Assembly: GCA_045543555.1 (NCBI GenBank) | Contig: JAZQMQ010000016.1 | Coordinates: forward strand, 146,852-210,851 | Reading direction: 5' to 3' | Source: Eubacteriales bacterium | GTDB lineage: Bacteria; Bacillota; Clostridia; Oscillospirales; CAG-272 | DNA length: 64,000 bases | Part shown: positions 43,827 through 53,331 of the stretch, one piece after another | How the letters are laid out: every line of letters starts with the position of its first letter | Numbering within the stretch: position 1 is the first letter of the stretch | Notes under the pieces: generated by a model | What the model was told of the DNA's origin: nothing | The model's database searches: none | The model's input: the letters and a program-made list of their open reading frames with translations, nothing else | Made by a program: the position numbers and the translations under genes

Positions 43827-44402
43827 ATGGCAAACAAGGTTCTCGTTGAAACCTCGGCAAGACACATCCATCTCACCGAGGAGCATATTGAAGCACTTTT
43901 CGGTAAGGGCGCAACCCTTACCAAGAAAAAGGATCTCTCTCAGCCCGGTCAGTACGCTTGTGAGGAGCGTTGCACCGTAGTAGGCCCCAAGAAGCAGATC
44001 CCCAACGTTATAATTCTCGGACCCGCTCGTCCCGCATCTCAGGTTGAGGTTTCCTTCACCGATGCTCGTACCCTCGGCATTTCCGCACCCGTTCGTGAGA
44101 GCGGAGACCTTGCAGGTACTCCCGGATGTAAGCTCGTTGGACCTTGCGGCGAGGTTGACCTTGACAGCGGTGTTATCATCGCAAAGCGTCATATTCACAT
44201 TACTCCCGAGGATGCAGAGGCTGCAGGCGTAGCTGATAAGGAGATCGTTTCTGTTAAGATCGATTCCGCTGACAGAAGCACCATCTTCGGTGACGTTGTT
44301 ATCCGCGTAAGCCCCAAGTTCGCAACCGCTATGCACATCGATACCGATGAGGCAAACGCTGCTTGCGCATTCGGCGAGTGCTACGGAGAGATCGTAAAGT
44401 AA
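43827..44402 (+). CDS. pduL: Phosphate propanoyltransferase PduL
   Basis: Duplicated PduL motifs SARHIHL and KRHIHITPEDA. LSQPGQYA...ILGPARP..QVE.S.TDA..LGI..PVR.SGD. Confidence 0.88.
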   Translation: MANKVLVETSARHIHLTEEHIEALFGKGATLTKKKDLSQPGQYACEERCTVVGPKKQIPNVIILGPARPASQVEVSFTDARTLGISAPVRESGDLAGTPGCKLVGPCGEVDLDSGVIIAKRHIHITPEDAEAAGVADKEIVSVKIDSADRSTIFGDVVIRVSPKFATAMHIDTDEANAACAFGECYGEIVK

Positions 44403-44412
44403 TATTACAATT

Positions 44413-44440
44413 AAAAAAGCTCCCTTATGGGAGCTTTTTT
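44413..44440 (+). terminator. Rho-independent terminator of pduL
   Basis: A6-GCTCCC / GGGAGC-T6 with loop TTAT. Confidence 0.85.
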
Positions 44441-44495
44441 GATTTATGAGATTGTTAATTAAAGCTTTCGTGTTCGTTATTTGTTTTAACGATTT

Positions 44496-45398
44496 TTACT
44501 TTAAAGCAGGATTGAATAATTTTGAAACAAGAGCAGTTCCATCTTTTGTGGGAATATAGCTCTCATCCGGTGCAAGCTCTTTACGTCGCTTGGTGCAGGC
44601 GGTAAGGGAAGCGGAAAAGTATTTTGTCATTTCCTCGGGGGTGATCGGGGATCCTTTCTGGCAATCGAGAAATCTTACTACAGCCTCAGGGATAAGAAGA
44701 GATGCGGCAAAGTCATCGGCTTGATGCTCGTTCGATTCGGAGGAATCGGTGTGCCTCAATATTATGTGACCGAGCTCATGGGCGATCGTCCAGTTTATAC
44801 GCTCTCTGCTCTTAACTCTCTCGTCGTAGAATATCATATTCAGATCGCCCTTTTTGAGCGTCATTCCGTCTGTGCGGAAGGGGAATGTCGTACCGACCCT
44901 ATCCTCATAGGAAGAGATGCTGTCGATCGTTGCCATACCGCCGGTCTTTATTTTCTTCATATCAAGAAAATATAAAGCAAATTCGCCCATAAACTCTTGC
45001 TTCAGAAGAAGTCGCACCGCTTCATCCTCGATCATGATGCGGTTTGATCTTTTCTTCGTGCTTGTTTTTAAGTATATATCAAGATTTGCCTTGAAGGATT
45101 GAACAAGTGCATTGTGATCCTCCTCGGAAATTTTTTTTGCCGCACGGAGTAGCAGCAGAAGCTCAGCTTCCGCCTTGTCGTCGGAAAATTCGGGATTCTC
45201 GTTCTCGCTTCTGCCCGTTAAGTATTCAAGAGAAACACCGAAATAATCCGAAAGACGCAAAAGGTTTTCCATGCTTGGCTCTCTTACGCCTTGTCGCCAT
45301 TCGTAAACAATGGATTTTGGAACACCTATCTCTTTTGCCAGACTGAGCGGATTCATATTTCTGCTCTTAAGCAAATAAGACAATGTTTGTGCGAACAC
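44496..45398 (-). CDS. Fusion protein: XRE-family HTH (N-terminal) plus ImmA/IrrE-type zinc metallopeptidase (COG2856/DUF955, C-terminal)
   Basis: HTH is LSLAKEIGVPKSIVYEWRQGVREPSMENLLRLSDYFGVSLEYL. The HEXXH motif is TIAHELGHIILRH, followed downstream by ADDFAASLLIP. Confidence 0.85.
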   Translation of the reverse strand: MFAQTLSYLLKSRNMNPLSLAKEIGVPKSIVYEWRQGVREPSMENLLRLSDYFGVSLEYLTGRSENENPEFSDDKAEAELLLLLRAAKKISEEDHNALVQSFKANLDIYLKTSTKKRSNRIMIEDEAVRLLLKQEFMGEFALYFLDMKKIKTGGMATIDSISSYEDRVGTTFPFRTDGMTLKKGDLNMIFYDERVKSRERINWTIAHELGHIILRHTDSSESNEHQADDFAASLLIPEAVVRFLDCQKGSPITPEEMTKYFSASLTACTKRRKELAPDESYIPTKDGTALVSKLFNPALK

Positions 45399-45439
45399 GT
45401 CCTTTACCCTCCAAATGTAAAAACTTTGTCAAATACCTC

Positions 45440-45468
45440 TTGACATTTCCGAAAAGTTGGAATATAAT
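45440..45468 (+). promoter_or_regulatory. Perfect consensus promoter for the sigma-like gene, flanked by a TGTCAA/TTGACA inverted repeat
   Basis: TTGACA (45440-45445), 17-bp spacer, TATAAT (45463-45468). TGTCAA lies 7 nt upstream of the -35, forming the palindrome TGTCAA-N7-TTGACA. Confidence 0.6.
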
Positions 45469-45551
45469 AGTCTTATCAATGATATTATACCCTAATATTT
45501 GGGCGATGTCAATATATTTTGCCAAAAAAACGGAAAACGGAGGTAAATAAT

Positions 45552-46016
45552 ATGAATGATAGAAGAAAACGCGCCGCCGATTTCATTACCGAATACAAAA
45601 AGCTTAAGTACGAAAAAGAGATCGTGTCCGATCAGATGTATGGTACTGCCGATCTCTATCGTGAGCTAATGCGTTATGAGAAAACCGATAAGGAGCAAGG
45701 CACATTCGATGAATACAAGACACATCTTGAACGTATGCTCAATAAGCTTCATGCTAGAAGAGGTGCAATACAGCTTCGCATGAAGCTTATAGAAAGCATA
45801 ATAGGTCGTCTTCCCGACGTTGAGAGACTGATATTAAGAAGATATTACCTCGATGGTGACAGTAAAGGCGCCGCAGACGATCTTATGGAGGACCTGAACT
45901 TTGAAAAGACCCACATTTACCGTCTTCGTGACAAGGCACTGGACAATGTGGCTGATATGATGGATTCTTTTCCTAACGAGGATTATTTACATAGCAAGTC
46001 GTGCAATAAGACATGA
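45552..46016 (+). CDS. Small sigma-70 region-4-like (phage/ICE-type) transcriptional regulator
   Basis: GGAGGT SD plus ATG 45552. The pattern ...LPDVERLILRRYYLDG....AADDL.....THIYRLRDKAL... resembles region 4 HTH. The last ~10 codons overlap the 3' end of convergent spmB. Confidence 0.7.
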   Translation: MNDRRKRAADFITEYKKLKYEKEIVSDQMYGTADLYRELMRYEKTDKEQGTFDEYKTHLERMLNKLHARRGAIQLRMKLIESIIGRLPDVERLILRRYYLDGDSKGAADDLMEDLNFEKTHIYRLRDKALDNVADMMDSFPNEDYLHSKSCNKT

Positions 46017-46502
46017 TAACACCGTCCCGAAAAGCATTATGGCAATGCCGCAGGGAAGTACTCGCGAGCTGCTTTTTGCGCCTACAGCAGACGTATATAG
46101 GGCGGTAACGTAAAAAACAGTGTCCGATGAGGCGCACATAACGGAAGCGCATATTCCGATAAAGCTATCGGGGCCGTATTTATTAAGTGTTTCGGAAAGG
46201 AGAGCCGTCGATCCGCTTCCCGAAAGCGGTCTTACTATTATAAGCGAGGTGAGCTCGGAGGGAATTCCAAGAAGGAAAGTAATCTCTTTGGCATATTCGG
46301 TCAGAACGTCACAAGCGCCGCTTGCCTGAAACAATGAGGTTGCGGTCATTATTAAAATAAGCATCGGCATCAGGGAAAATGTTCCGGTTATTCCTTCCTT
46401 TGCACCCGATATGAAGCTTTCCTGAATGTCTTTTTTGCTGAATATACACCCTAAACCGAAAACGGTGAGTATCAGGGGCATAATATACGAGGATACCGTC
46501 AT
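45987..46502 (-). CDS. spmB: Spore maturation protein B (nucleoside-recognition domain membrane protein)
   Basis: MTVSSYIMPLILTVFGL...IVRPLSGSGSTALL. ATGA overlap with spmA. Confidence 0.85.
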   Translation of the reverse strand: MTVSSYIMPLILTVFGLGCIFSKKDIQESFISGAKEGITGTFSLMPMLILIMTATSLFQASGACDVLTEYAKEITFLLGIPSELTSLIIVRPLSGSGSTALLSETLNKYGPDSFIGICASVMCASSDTVFYVTALYTSAVGAKSSSRVLPCGIAIMLFGTVLSCLIARLAM

Positions 46503-47071
46503 TACCGTTTTCCTGCCGTTAATTTTGATAGAACAATACTGAACAGACACAGTATGAATGAGCATATCCATACTAAAGGAACGATACTTGCGGGCGAAGT
46601 ACTTCCCGCCGCGCTTCTGAGTGACACAACGGTCGTGGGGAATAAGCAAGGCGGGGCACATCCGATTAGGGTAAAGGTTACCATATCAGGAGAAAGCTTA
46701 CCATCCTTTCCTTTTGGGAGTGTTTTCATAGCGTTTAAGGCAAGAGGTGTTGCTGCATTTCCCACGCCCAGTATATTTGCGGCTATTGCGGCAGATGCTT
46801 CGTTAATTCCTTCGCCGCTTTTTGATGCCTCGGGAAATATTCTCCGCATTATCGGGCGAATAAGACGTGAAAATAAGTCGAGTGCTCCTGTTTTTTCTGC
46901 TACCTTCATTATTCCGCACCATAAGCACATTAAAGCCATAAGGGAAAAGGCTGTTGTGACGGCCTTTCCGGCGCCTTCTATTGCCGCTGTCGTTAATAGT
47001 TCGGTTTTTCCGCTTACAATCGAGCATATTACCGAAATTACGATCAAAAAACCAGAAAATTTTACAGCCAT
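46502..47071 (-). CDS. spmA: Spore maturation protein A
   Basis: SD GGGAGAA plus ATG 47071. MAVKFSGFLIV...AANILGVGNAATPLALNAM. Confidence 0.85.
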   Translation of the reverse strand: MAVKFSGFLIVISVICSIVSGKTELLTTAAIEGAGKAVTTAFSLMALMCLWCGIMKVAEKTGALDLFSRLIRPIMRRIFPEASKSGEGINEASAAIAANILGVGNAATPLALNAMKTLPKGKDGKLSPDMVTFTLIGCAPPCLFPTTVVSLRSAAGSTSPASIVPLVWICSFILCLFSIVLSKLTAGKR

Positions 47072-47225
47072 ACGGTTTTCTCCCGAAAATGTAAAGAATA
47101 TTTTAAAAAAATTGATATCTATTGACAATGATGGAATTATATGGTAAAATTTTGTCGTGAAAGGCTGATAAATGCCGTCGCAGATCAAAGAATAAAGTCA
47201 TAATACAGACAGAGGAGGATAAAAA

Positions 47226-47471
47226 ATGAAATCAACAGGAATCGTACGCCCCGTCGATGAGCTTGGAAGAATAGTCCTTCCGAAAGAACTCAGAATAAGC
47301 ATGGATATAAATAACAAGGGAGATTCTGTCGAAATATTTATCGACGACGACAAGATCATTTTAAAGAAATATCATCCCGCCTGCATTTTCTGCGGTAATG
47401 CCGATGATGTCGTTTATATGAAGGGAAAGCTTGTGTGCCGCGAGTGCGTAAAGGAGCTTTCTTCACTTTAA
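47226..47471 (+). CDS. AbrB/SpoVT-family DNA-binding protein with a C-terminal CxxC...CxxC extension
   Basis: MKSTGIVRPVDELGRIVLPKELR (SpoVT-AbrB swapped-hairpin domain), then CIFCG...CRECV. Confidence 0.88.
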   Translation: MKSTGIVRPVDELGRIVLPKELRISMDINNKGDSVEIFIDDDKIILKKYHPACIFCGNADDVVYMKGKLVCRECVKELSSL

Positions 47472-47499
47472 CTATACTAAAAAAATAGTATAAATATGA

Positions 47500-47543
47500 C
47501 AGCGCCCCGTTCAAAAAAATGGGGCGCTGATCGTTTTGTTTTA
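47500..47543. terminator. Terminator between convergent abrB-family and capA-family genes
   Basis: Stem CAGCGCCCC / GGGGCGCTG, then ATCGTTTTGTTTT. Confidence 0.75.
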
Positions 47544-48788
47544 TTACGGATATGAGTTTATTGCTTCATTGTAGCAGGACCAATAGTCATTAATTTTAAA
47601 TGAGCCTTCGGTTCCGTTAGCACCGAATTTAACGTTTTTGCTCAGACGCTCCTCGGTATATTCGGAAAGAAGAAGCGCGGTATATTTCCATACACCTCCG
47701 ACGCTCTCTACGTGAACTGCCGTTGCAAGCATATCGTAGCTATCGACTCTTGTTCCGTTTTCGTCCTTTACTATATTTATGAAGGCGAGACCGCCGACGT
47801 TCATTTTAACCTCAAGCTGATTGGAAATGAAGTTTCCAAGGGAATAATAGCAAACTGTCTTGTTTCCGTTTGTGCCTGTAAGCTCGACAACCGGCTGAAC
47901 TACGTGCGGATGGTGCCCGATTATTATGTCTGCGCCGTTGTCGGCAAAGAACTGTGCCCAAGATGTTTGCGTGCTGTTTGGCTTGTAAACGTATTCCTTC
48001 CCCCAGTGGGTCATTACGATAGTAATGTCTGCGTTTGCCTCCGCATAAGCAAGCTGCTTTGTCATTCTTGTTTTATCGCCGAGCGTCTCAGACATTGAGA
48101 CGTCCATTTGATCCGGATACTTACCCTTGTTGTAGCCGTAGGTATAGTTGAGAAGTGCAATCTTTATGTTATTTTTTTCGATGATGGTTACGTTGTTTCG
48201 GTCATCTTCGGTCTCATAAAGGCCAACCATCGTTGCTTCCGGATGATTTTTGAAATAATCTATCGTATCGAGGACGGGCTGCTTTCCCCAGTCCCAAGTG
48301 TGATTGGTTGCCATCGAGAATACGTCAAATCCTGCTTTGATCGCAGAGTCTCCAACCGCTGTTGGGGTGGCAAAATAGGGATATCCCTTTGCTACGGAAT
48401 AGGAAAACGAGCTTTCCTGATTTAAGATCGCAAGATCTGCCGATGATATGAGGGGAGCAATCTCCTCATAGTAGCTGTCGTATCCGAAGGTGTTTCCTGC
48501 CTTGATGAGATTATCGTGAATAAGGTTATCTCCGACCGCGATCAGCGAGAGTGCGAATATTTCGGGCTCGGGCTCGGTAGTTATTTCGGGCGTGGTGGTT
48601 ATGATTTGCTCGGTTGTTGAAGGGGGTGTTGTCTGCTCGGGAGTAGTTGTTTCGGGCGTGGTTTGGATATTTATGGTTGTATGCTCCGTGGTCTCATCAC
48701 TTGAGGTTATTTTATTTTCCGGTTTGATTTGCGCACACGAGCATAGCATGAGCAAAAGCGAAAGTATAACAATAAATGCTTTTTTCAT
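47544..48788 (-). CDS. CapA-family (PGA_cap metallophosphatase-like) lipoprotein with a T/P/E-rich linker
   Basis: Lipobox LCSC. The linker is TTPETTTPEQTTPPSTTEQIITTTPEITTEPEPE. The CapA-like body has IAVGDNLIH, ATNHTWDWG and THWG.EY. I prefer the start at MKKAF (AAAGGA SD). Confidence 0.85.
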   Translation of the reverse strand: MKKAFIVILSLLLMLCSCAQIKPENKITSSDETTEHTTINIQTTPETTTPEQTTPPSTTEQIITTTPEITTEPEPEIFALSLIAVGDNLIHDNLIKAGNTFGYDSYYEEIAPLISSADLAILNQESSFSYSVAKGYPYFATPTAVGDSAIKAGFDVFSMATNHTWDWGKQPVLDTIDYFKNHPEATMVGLYETEDDRNNVTIIEKNNIKIALLNYTYGYNKGKYPDQMDVSMSETLGDKTRMTKQLAYAEANADITIVMTHWGKEYVYKPNSTQTSWAQFFADNGADIIIGHHPHVVQPVVELTGTNGNKTVCYYSLGNFISNQLEVKMNVGGLAFINIVKDENGTRVDSYDMLATAVHVESVGGVWKYTALLLSEYTEERLSKNVKFGANGTEGSFKINDYWSCYNEAINSYP

Positions 48789-48960
48789 AATTTGATCCTT
48801 TATCATTTGTTGCAAATATTATATCATCGCTGTCGCAATATGTCAATAATATGATGATAATCAACAGCTTATTAACGAAAAATCTATTGACCGAACGATA
48901 GGAATGTGGTATCATTAATATAGGAATAATATCAATTTAAATAAATAAAATGGAGAAATA

Positions 48961-49617
48961 ATGAAAGTAACCATAGAACAGGTAGCATCAAATCCATCGG
49001 TTCGCAGCTATATAAAAAAGGCAGATGAATCTCTTTGTGCACTCGGATATACAGAGCATAGCTTTGCACACGTAACGAGGGTGGCGCGCCTTGCAAAAAA
49101 AATACTTATTACGTTCGGTTATCCTGAAAGAGAAGCGGAGCTGTCTGAAATAGCAGGGTATCTTCACGATATCGGTAACGTGATAAACCGTATTGATCAT
49201 GCTCAGAGCGGTGCGGTAATGGCGTTCAGGATCCTTGATAAGATGGAAGCTGACCCCGATGAGATAGCAACGATAATTACGGCAATAGGCAATCATGATG
49301 AAAGTACCGCATTCCCCGTAAACGCGGTTGCCGCGGCACTCATTATTGCGGATAAAACAGACGTAAGATCAAACAGAGTTAGAAACAGCGACACGAAAAA
49401 TTTTGACATTCACGACAGAGTAAACTACTCGGTAAAACGTTCGGACGTTACTGTCGAGGATGGCGCAGTTACATTGGACATAGACATAGATACGGATTTT
49501 TGTCCCGTTATGGATTATTTTGAAATTTTCCTCGACCGTATGCTTCTGTGTCGTAAGGCTGCAGAAAAGCTTGAATGTACATTCAAGCTTCTTATAAACG
49601 GTCAAAGAATGATATAA
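48961..49617 (+). CDS. HD-domain phosphohydrolase
   Basis: H...HD motif (SFAHVTRVA...GYLHDIGN) and a second NHD. Confidence 0.8.
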   Translation: MKVTIEQVASNPSVRSYIKKADESLCALGYTEHSFAHVTRVARLAKKILITFGYPEREAELSEIAGYLHDIGNVINRIDHAQSGAVMAFRILDKMEADPDEIATIITAIGNHDESTAFPVNAVAAALIIADKTDVRSNRVRNSDTKNFDIHDRVNYSVKRSDVTVEDGAVTLDIDIDTDFCPVMDYFEIFLDRMLLCRKAAEKLECTFKLLINGQRMI

Positions 49618-49631
49618 GAAAAGGTATATTA

Positions 49632-50837
49632 ATGAGAAATCTTCTGACTATATTTTTAAGCATTCTTATGGTACTCATGCTAGCTGCTTGTGCTGCGGCT
49701 AATAAAAACGGCAATATCACGCAAGCCACAACAGATACATCGCCTCAGACAACGTTAGATACACTGATTACTACTACCGATCCGATAACAACAACCCCTG
49801 AGGCAACTACTCCCGAGATCACCACTCCGGAAAGCACAACACCCGAGCAGACCACGCTCCCTCCGACGACGGAGCCGATACCTACGCCCGAACAGACAAC
49901 AGAAAAGCCTTATGAGCCTATATATGAGCATGGGGGCTTTAAATATCAGATAGATATAAGACCGTATCTGCCTTATATCTGTACAAATGCCAACAGAGAA
50001 TACCTTATCATCGCAAACCGAAAGCATCCTTTGGGCTCTTCTTACAAGCCTAAAGATCTTGTGTACGTTATGGAGGGGTCTACGTGGCAGCTTAGAAAGA
50101 CTGCAAGTATGGCATTCGAAGCAATGCGTACTGAAATGATAAAGCTGGGCGTTTACGATACCTATAACAGAAGTACCTATAGATCATATTCATTCCAGAG
50201 CACACTTTATTATAAGTATATTGAACAGGAAAGAGCGAAATATCCGCATCTTTCGGATGCTGAACTCATGAATATTGTAGATACGTATTCAGCACGTCCC
50301 GGTACGTCAGATCATCAGACAGGTCTTACTATCGACTTTAATCCTCTCGATACTTCATTTGAGAATCTGAAAGCATTTGAATATATGAAGGATAATGCTC
50401 ATAAGTTTGGATTTATTCTTCGCTATCCGCAGGGAAAGACCTATGTCACGGGATATACCTATGAGCCTTGGCATTGGAGATTTGTTGGTAGAGAAGTTGC
50501 TACCTTTATCTATGAGCACGACCTTACTCTTGAGGAATATATGGCTATTATCGACGGCACCGACCTTGAGATCTTCCCCGAAACAACTCCGATACCTCCT
50601 GTGACAAAGCCTCCGATTACTACGGACCCGCCCGTAACGACTCCTGAATCCACCACACCCGAATCAACCGAACCCGAATCGACGGAGCCCGAATCAACCG
50701 AACCGGAATCGACCGAGCCGGAAACGACCGAATCTGAACCCATAACTTCTGAATCGACAGAATCAGAAACTACGGATACTACAGAAACATCAGGCGACGA
50801 ATCATCAAGACCCGGTCGTCCAGGTCATAAAAACTAA
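49632..50837 (+). CDS. VanY/M15B-family D-alanyl-D-alanine carboxypeptidase lipoprotein with T/P-rich linkers at both ends
   Basis: Lipobox LAAC. Catalytic motifs are RSY..Q, SDHQTGLTIDF and EPWHWRFVG. The C-terminal tail is (ESTEP)n. Confidence 0.85.
   Translation: MRNLLTIFLSILMVLMLAACAAANKNGNITQATTDTSPQTTLDTLITTTDPITTTPEATTPEITTPESTTPEQTTLPPTTEPIPTPEQTTEKPYEPIYEHGGFKYQIDIRPYLPYICTNANREYLIIANRKHPLGSSYKPKDLVYVMEGSTWQLRKTASMAFEAMRTEMIKLGVYDTYNRSTYRSYSFQSTLYYKYIEQERAKYPHLSDAELMNIVDTYSARPGTSDHQTGLTIDFNPLDTSFENLKAFEYMKDNAHKFGFILRYPQGKTYVTGYTYEPWHWRFVGREVATFIYEHDLTLEEYMAIIDGTDLEIFPETTPIPPVTKPPITTDPPVTTPESTTPESTEPESTEPESTEPESTEPETTESEPITSESTESETTDTTETSGDESSRPGRPGHKN
50646..50735. repeat. 15-bp tandem repeat, six units, coding for (E-S/T-T-E-P)n
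   Basis: The GAATCAACCGAACCC-type unit is repeated with 1-3 substitutions per unit. Confidence 0.8.
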
Positions 50838-50848
50838 ATATAAAAACT

Positions 50849-50886
50849 GACCCTGCGAAAAATCATTTCCGCAGGGTCGCTTTTTG
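50849..50886. terminator. Terminator between convergent vanY-family and mgsA genes
   Basis: Stem GACCCTGCG / CGCAGGGTC, then GCTTTTTG. Confidence 0.8.
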
Positions 50887-50891
50887 TCTTA

Positions 50892-51257
50892 TTATAGAGA
50901 TTTAAGTATGCAGTCGGCGGTTGCTTTGTTGTTTGCGATCGGTATGTCGTAGACCTGCGCGATGCGGAGCAGCGCCTTTACGTCGGGGTCGTGGGGCTGG
51001 GCGGTAAGTGGGTCGGAGAAGAAGATCACGATGTCTATCTCACCTGCCGCAACTCTCGCACCTATCTGCTGGTCGCCTCCGAGAGGACCGCTTAGATACG
51101 CTCTTACGGGAAGTCCCGTTGCCTCGTTTATTCTTGTAGCGGTCGTACCTGTTCCGCAGAGAAAATGATGGGAAAGAATGTCTTTGTTTTTCTGACACCA
51201 CTCTATCATAGCCGGCTTCATATTATCGTGGGCTATAAGTGCAATTCTTTTTGTCAT
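50892..51257 (-). CDS. mgsA: Methylglyoxal synthase
   Basis: IALIAHDNMKP...GTGTT...SGPLGGDQQIGA...DPL.AQPHDPDVKALLR. Confidence 0.93.
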   Translation of the reverse strand: MTKRIALIAHDNMKPAMIEWCQKNKDILSHHFLCGTGTTATRINEATGLPVRAYLSGPLGGDQQIGARVAAGEIDIVIFFSDPLTAQPHDPDVKALLRIAQVYDIPIANNKATADCILKSL

Positions 51258-51261
51258 TGTC

Positions 51262-52710
51262 TCAGTCCTCCTTTTTTATAAGGTTATGAAGCATCATTTG
51301 CTTTTCGTCCCAAAGCTTAGGTGATAAGTCAACGTAATAATTATGGGGATTTTCAAAGCGCTTTACCTCGTCCCACTGCATATCAAGCTCTTTTTTGCAA
51401 TGCTCTCTTATTTCTGCAGTGGAGGGGCAATCGTAAACTAACTTACCATTTATAAATATGGGCTTCTGAAGTTCAATTGCCTCAAAATCAGTCAGAGTCT
51501 TGCTCTTCCATGTGTGTATTGGGTCAAAAATCGTGAGAGGCTTGGACGTATCGATGATTTCGTCATAAACAGTCAGATAGTCGGCGATCGCCTTGCCCGT
51601 ATCCTTTTCGATCAAGCGATAGAGCTTCTTGAAGTGGGGAGTCGTTACCTTCTCGGGATTTTCGCTTATCTTTATCTTGGGAACAATTTGCCCCTTATCG
51701 TTTTCAACAGCGCAAAGCTTGTAAACTCCTCCGAAAACGGGGGTGCTCTTGGAGGTGATAAGTCTCTCGCCAACACCGAAAGCATCGATGCAAGCACCCT
51801 GCTTGAGCAGGTCTCTGATTATATACTCGTCAAGAGCGTTGGAAGCAACTATCTTACACTCTGTAAGTCCTGCCTCATCAAGAATCTTTCTTGCTTTTCT
51901 CGAAAGGTAAGCCAGGTCACCAGAGTCGATACGGATAGCGCATTTTGTGATACCGTGTGCCTTGAATGCTTTTATTGCATTAGGTATTCCGCTTTGGAGA
52001 ACGTTATAGGTATCGACAAGAAGAGTAGATGCATTGGGATAGAGGCTGCAATAAGTGTCGAATGCCTCATATTCCGAGTCAAACATAAGCACCCATGAGT
52101 GTGCCATAGTTCCTGTTGCGGGAACGCCGTATCTTTCGTCTGCGATCGCACAAGCGGTGCCCGAGCATCCTGCAATGTATGCGGCTCTTGCTCCGAGAAT
52201 TGCACCGGAAGGACCCTGAGCGCGACGTGAACCGAATTCGCTTATCGCTCTGCCCTCGGCTGCACGTACTATGCGGCTTGCCTTTGTTGCTATCATGGTT
52301 TGGTGGTTAAGGGTAAGAAGAACGAATGTCTCAATGAATTGTGCTTCGATCGCGGGAGCCCTTACTGTCATTATTGGCTCGCCCGGAAATACAACGGTAC
52401 CCTCGGGAACAGCCCAAATGTCTCCCGTGAAGGAGAATGATCTGAGATATTCAAGGAATTTCTCGTTAAAACAGCCCTTGGAACGAAGATAATCGATGTC
52501 GTCGTCCGTGAATTTCAGATCCTTTATGTAGTCGATGACCTGCTGAAGACCGCAAGCGATCGCAAATCCCGCATTATCGGGATTTTTTCTGTAGAAAACG
52601 TCGAAATATGAGATCTTGTCCTTATATCCCGACAAAAAATAGCCGTTACCCATAGTCAGTTCGTAAAAATCGAAGAGCATGGTATAATTTTCTCTTACGT
52701 AGCTTGACAT
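51262..52710 (-). CDS. pncB: Nicotinate phosphoribosyltransferase
   Basis: LFDFYELTMGNGYF...GTMAHSW...EFGSRRAQG. ATG 52710 follows GGAGGT. Confidence 0.92.
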   Translation of the reverse strand: MSSYVRENYTMLFDFYELTMGNGYFLSGYKDKISYFDVFYRKNPDNAGFAIACGLQQVIDYIKDLKFTDDDIDYLRSKGCFNEKFLEYLRSFSFTGDIWAVPEGTVVFPGEPIMTVRAPAIEAQFIETFVLLTLNHQTMIATKASRIVRAAEGRAISEFGSRRAQGPSGAILGARAAYIAGCSGTACAIADERYGVPATGTMAHSWVLMFDSEYEAFDTYCSLYPNASTLLVDTYNVLQSGIPNAIKAFKAHGITKCAIRIDSGDLAYLSRKARKILDEAGLTECKIVASNALDEYIIRDLLKQGACIDAFGVGERLITSKSTPVFGGVYKLCAVENDKGQIVPKIKISENPEKVTTPHFKKLYRLIEKDTGKAIADYLTVYDEIIDTSKPLTIFDPIHTWKSKTLTDFEAIELQKPIFINGKLVYDCPSTAEIREHCKKELDMQWDEVKRFENPHNYYVDLSPKLWDEKQMMLHNLIKKED

Positions 52711-52721
52711 AGTAACCTCCG

Positions 52722-53330
52722 TTAGTTGTTTTTTATGTATTCTCTTATTCGAAGCGGTATTCCGCATTCGGAAGCGATTTTTTTACATCCTTCGAGCTCG
52801 TCATCGGTAACTGAATCCTTGACTGCGGAAAAAACTACGTGATCAACGTAATTTTTTACGTCTCGCGCAAAGGAAAGAATCCCCTCAAAAGCGTTTTTGC
52901 CGAATTTTGAATGGCAGACTTTGTCGTATGCCTCAGAACTTGATGCATTCAGACTAATTGATACTGTGTCAATTAGTCCCTTAAAAAGACTTGCTGTCGG
53001 TCTGCCGTTAATTAAGTCCGACTGACCGTTTGTGTTGAGCCTGATGGGAAGGGAGGGGAACAGAGTTCTTATTCCATTTGCGATCTCAAGCATAGTTTCA
53101 AGTCTTTCGGTCGGCTCACCGTAGCCGCAGAAGACGATGGATTCATATCGGGTGATATCGCGGCTTTTTATTTCCGATAGCACGTCATCTGCAGAAGGCT
53201 CGGTTGTCAGCCACAGATCGTCTGTGTAGTAGCCGTCAGCCTGCGTTCTTATACAGAAATCGCATCGGTTGGAGCAGCGGTTGGTGAGGTTTATATAGAG
53301 ATTGTTGCAATACTCGTAGGTTATCGTCAT
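52722..53330 (-). CDS. TatD-associated radical SAM protein
   Basis: CxxxCxxC motif NRCSNRCDFC near the N-terminus. About 200 aa, immediately downstream of tatD. Confidence 0.85.
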   Translation of the reverse strand: MTITYEYCNNLYINLTNRCSNRCDFCIRTQADGYYTDDLWLTTEPSADDVLSEIKSRDITRYESIVFCGYGEPTERLETMLEIANGIRTLFPSLPIRLNTNGQSDLINGRPTASLFKGLIDTVSISLNASSSEAYDKVCHSKFGKNAFEGILSFARDVKNYVDHVVFSAVKDSVTDDELEGCKKIASECGIPLRIREYIKNN

Positions 53331-53331
53331 T

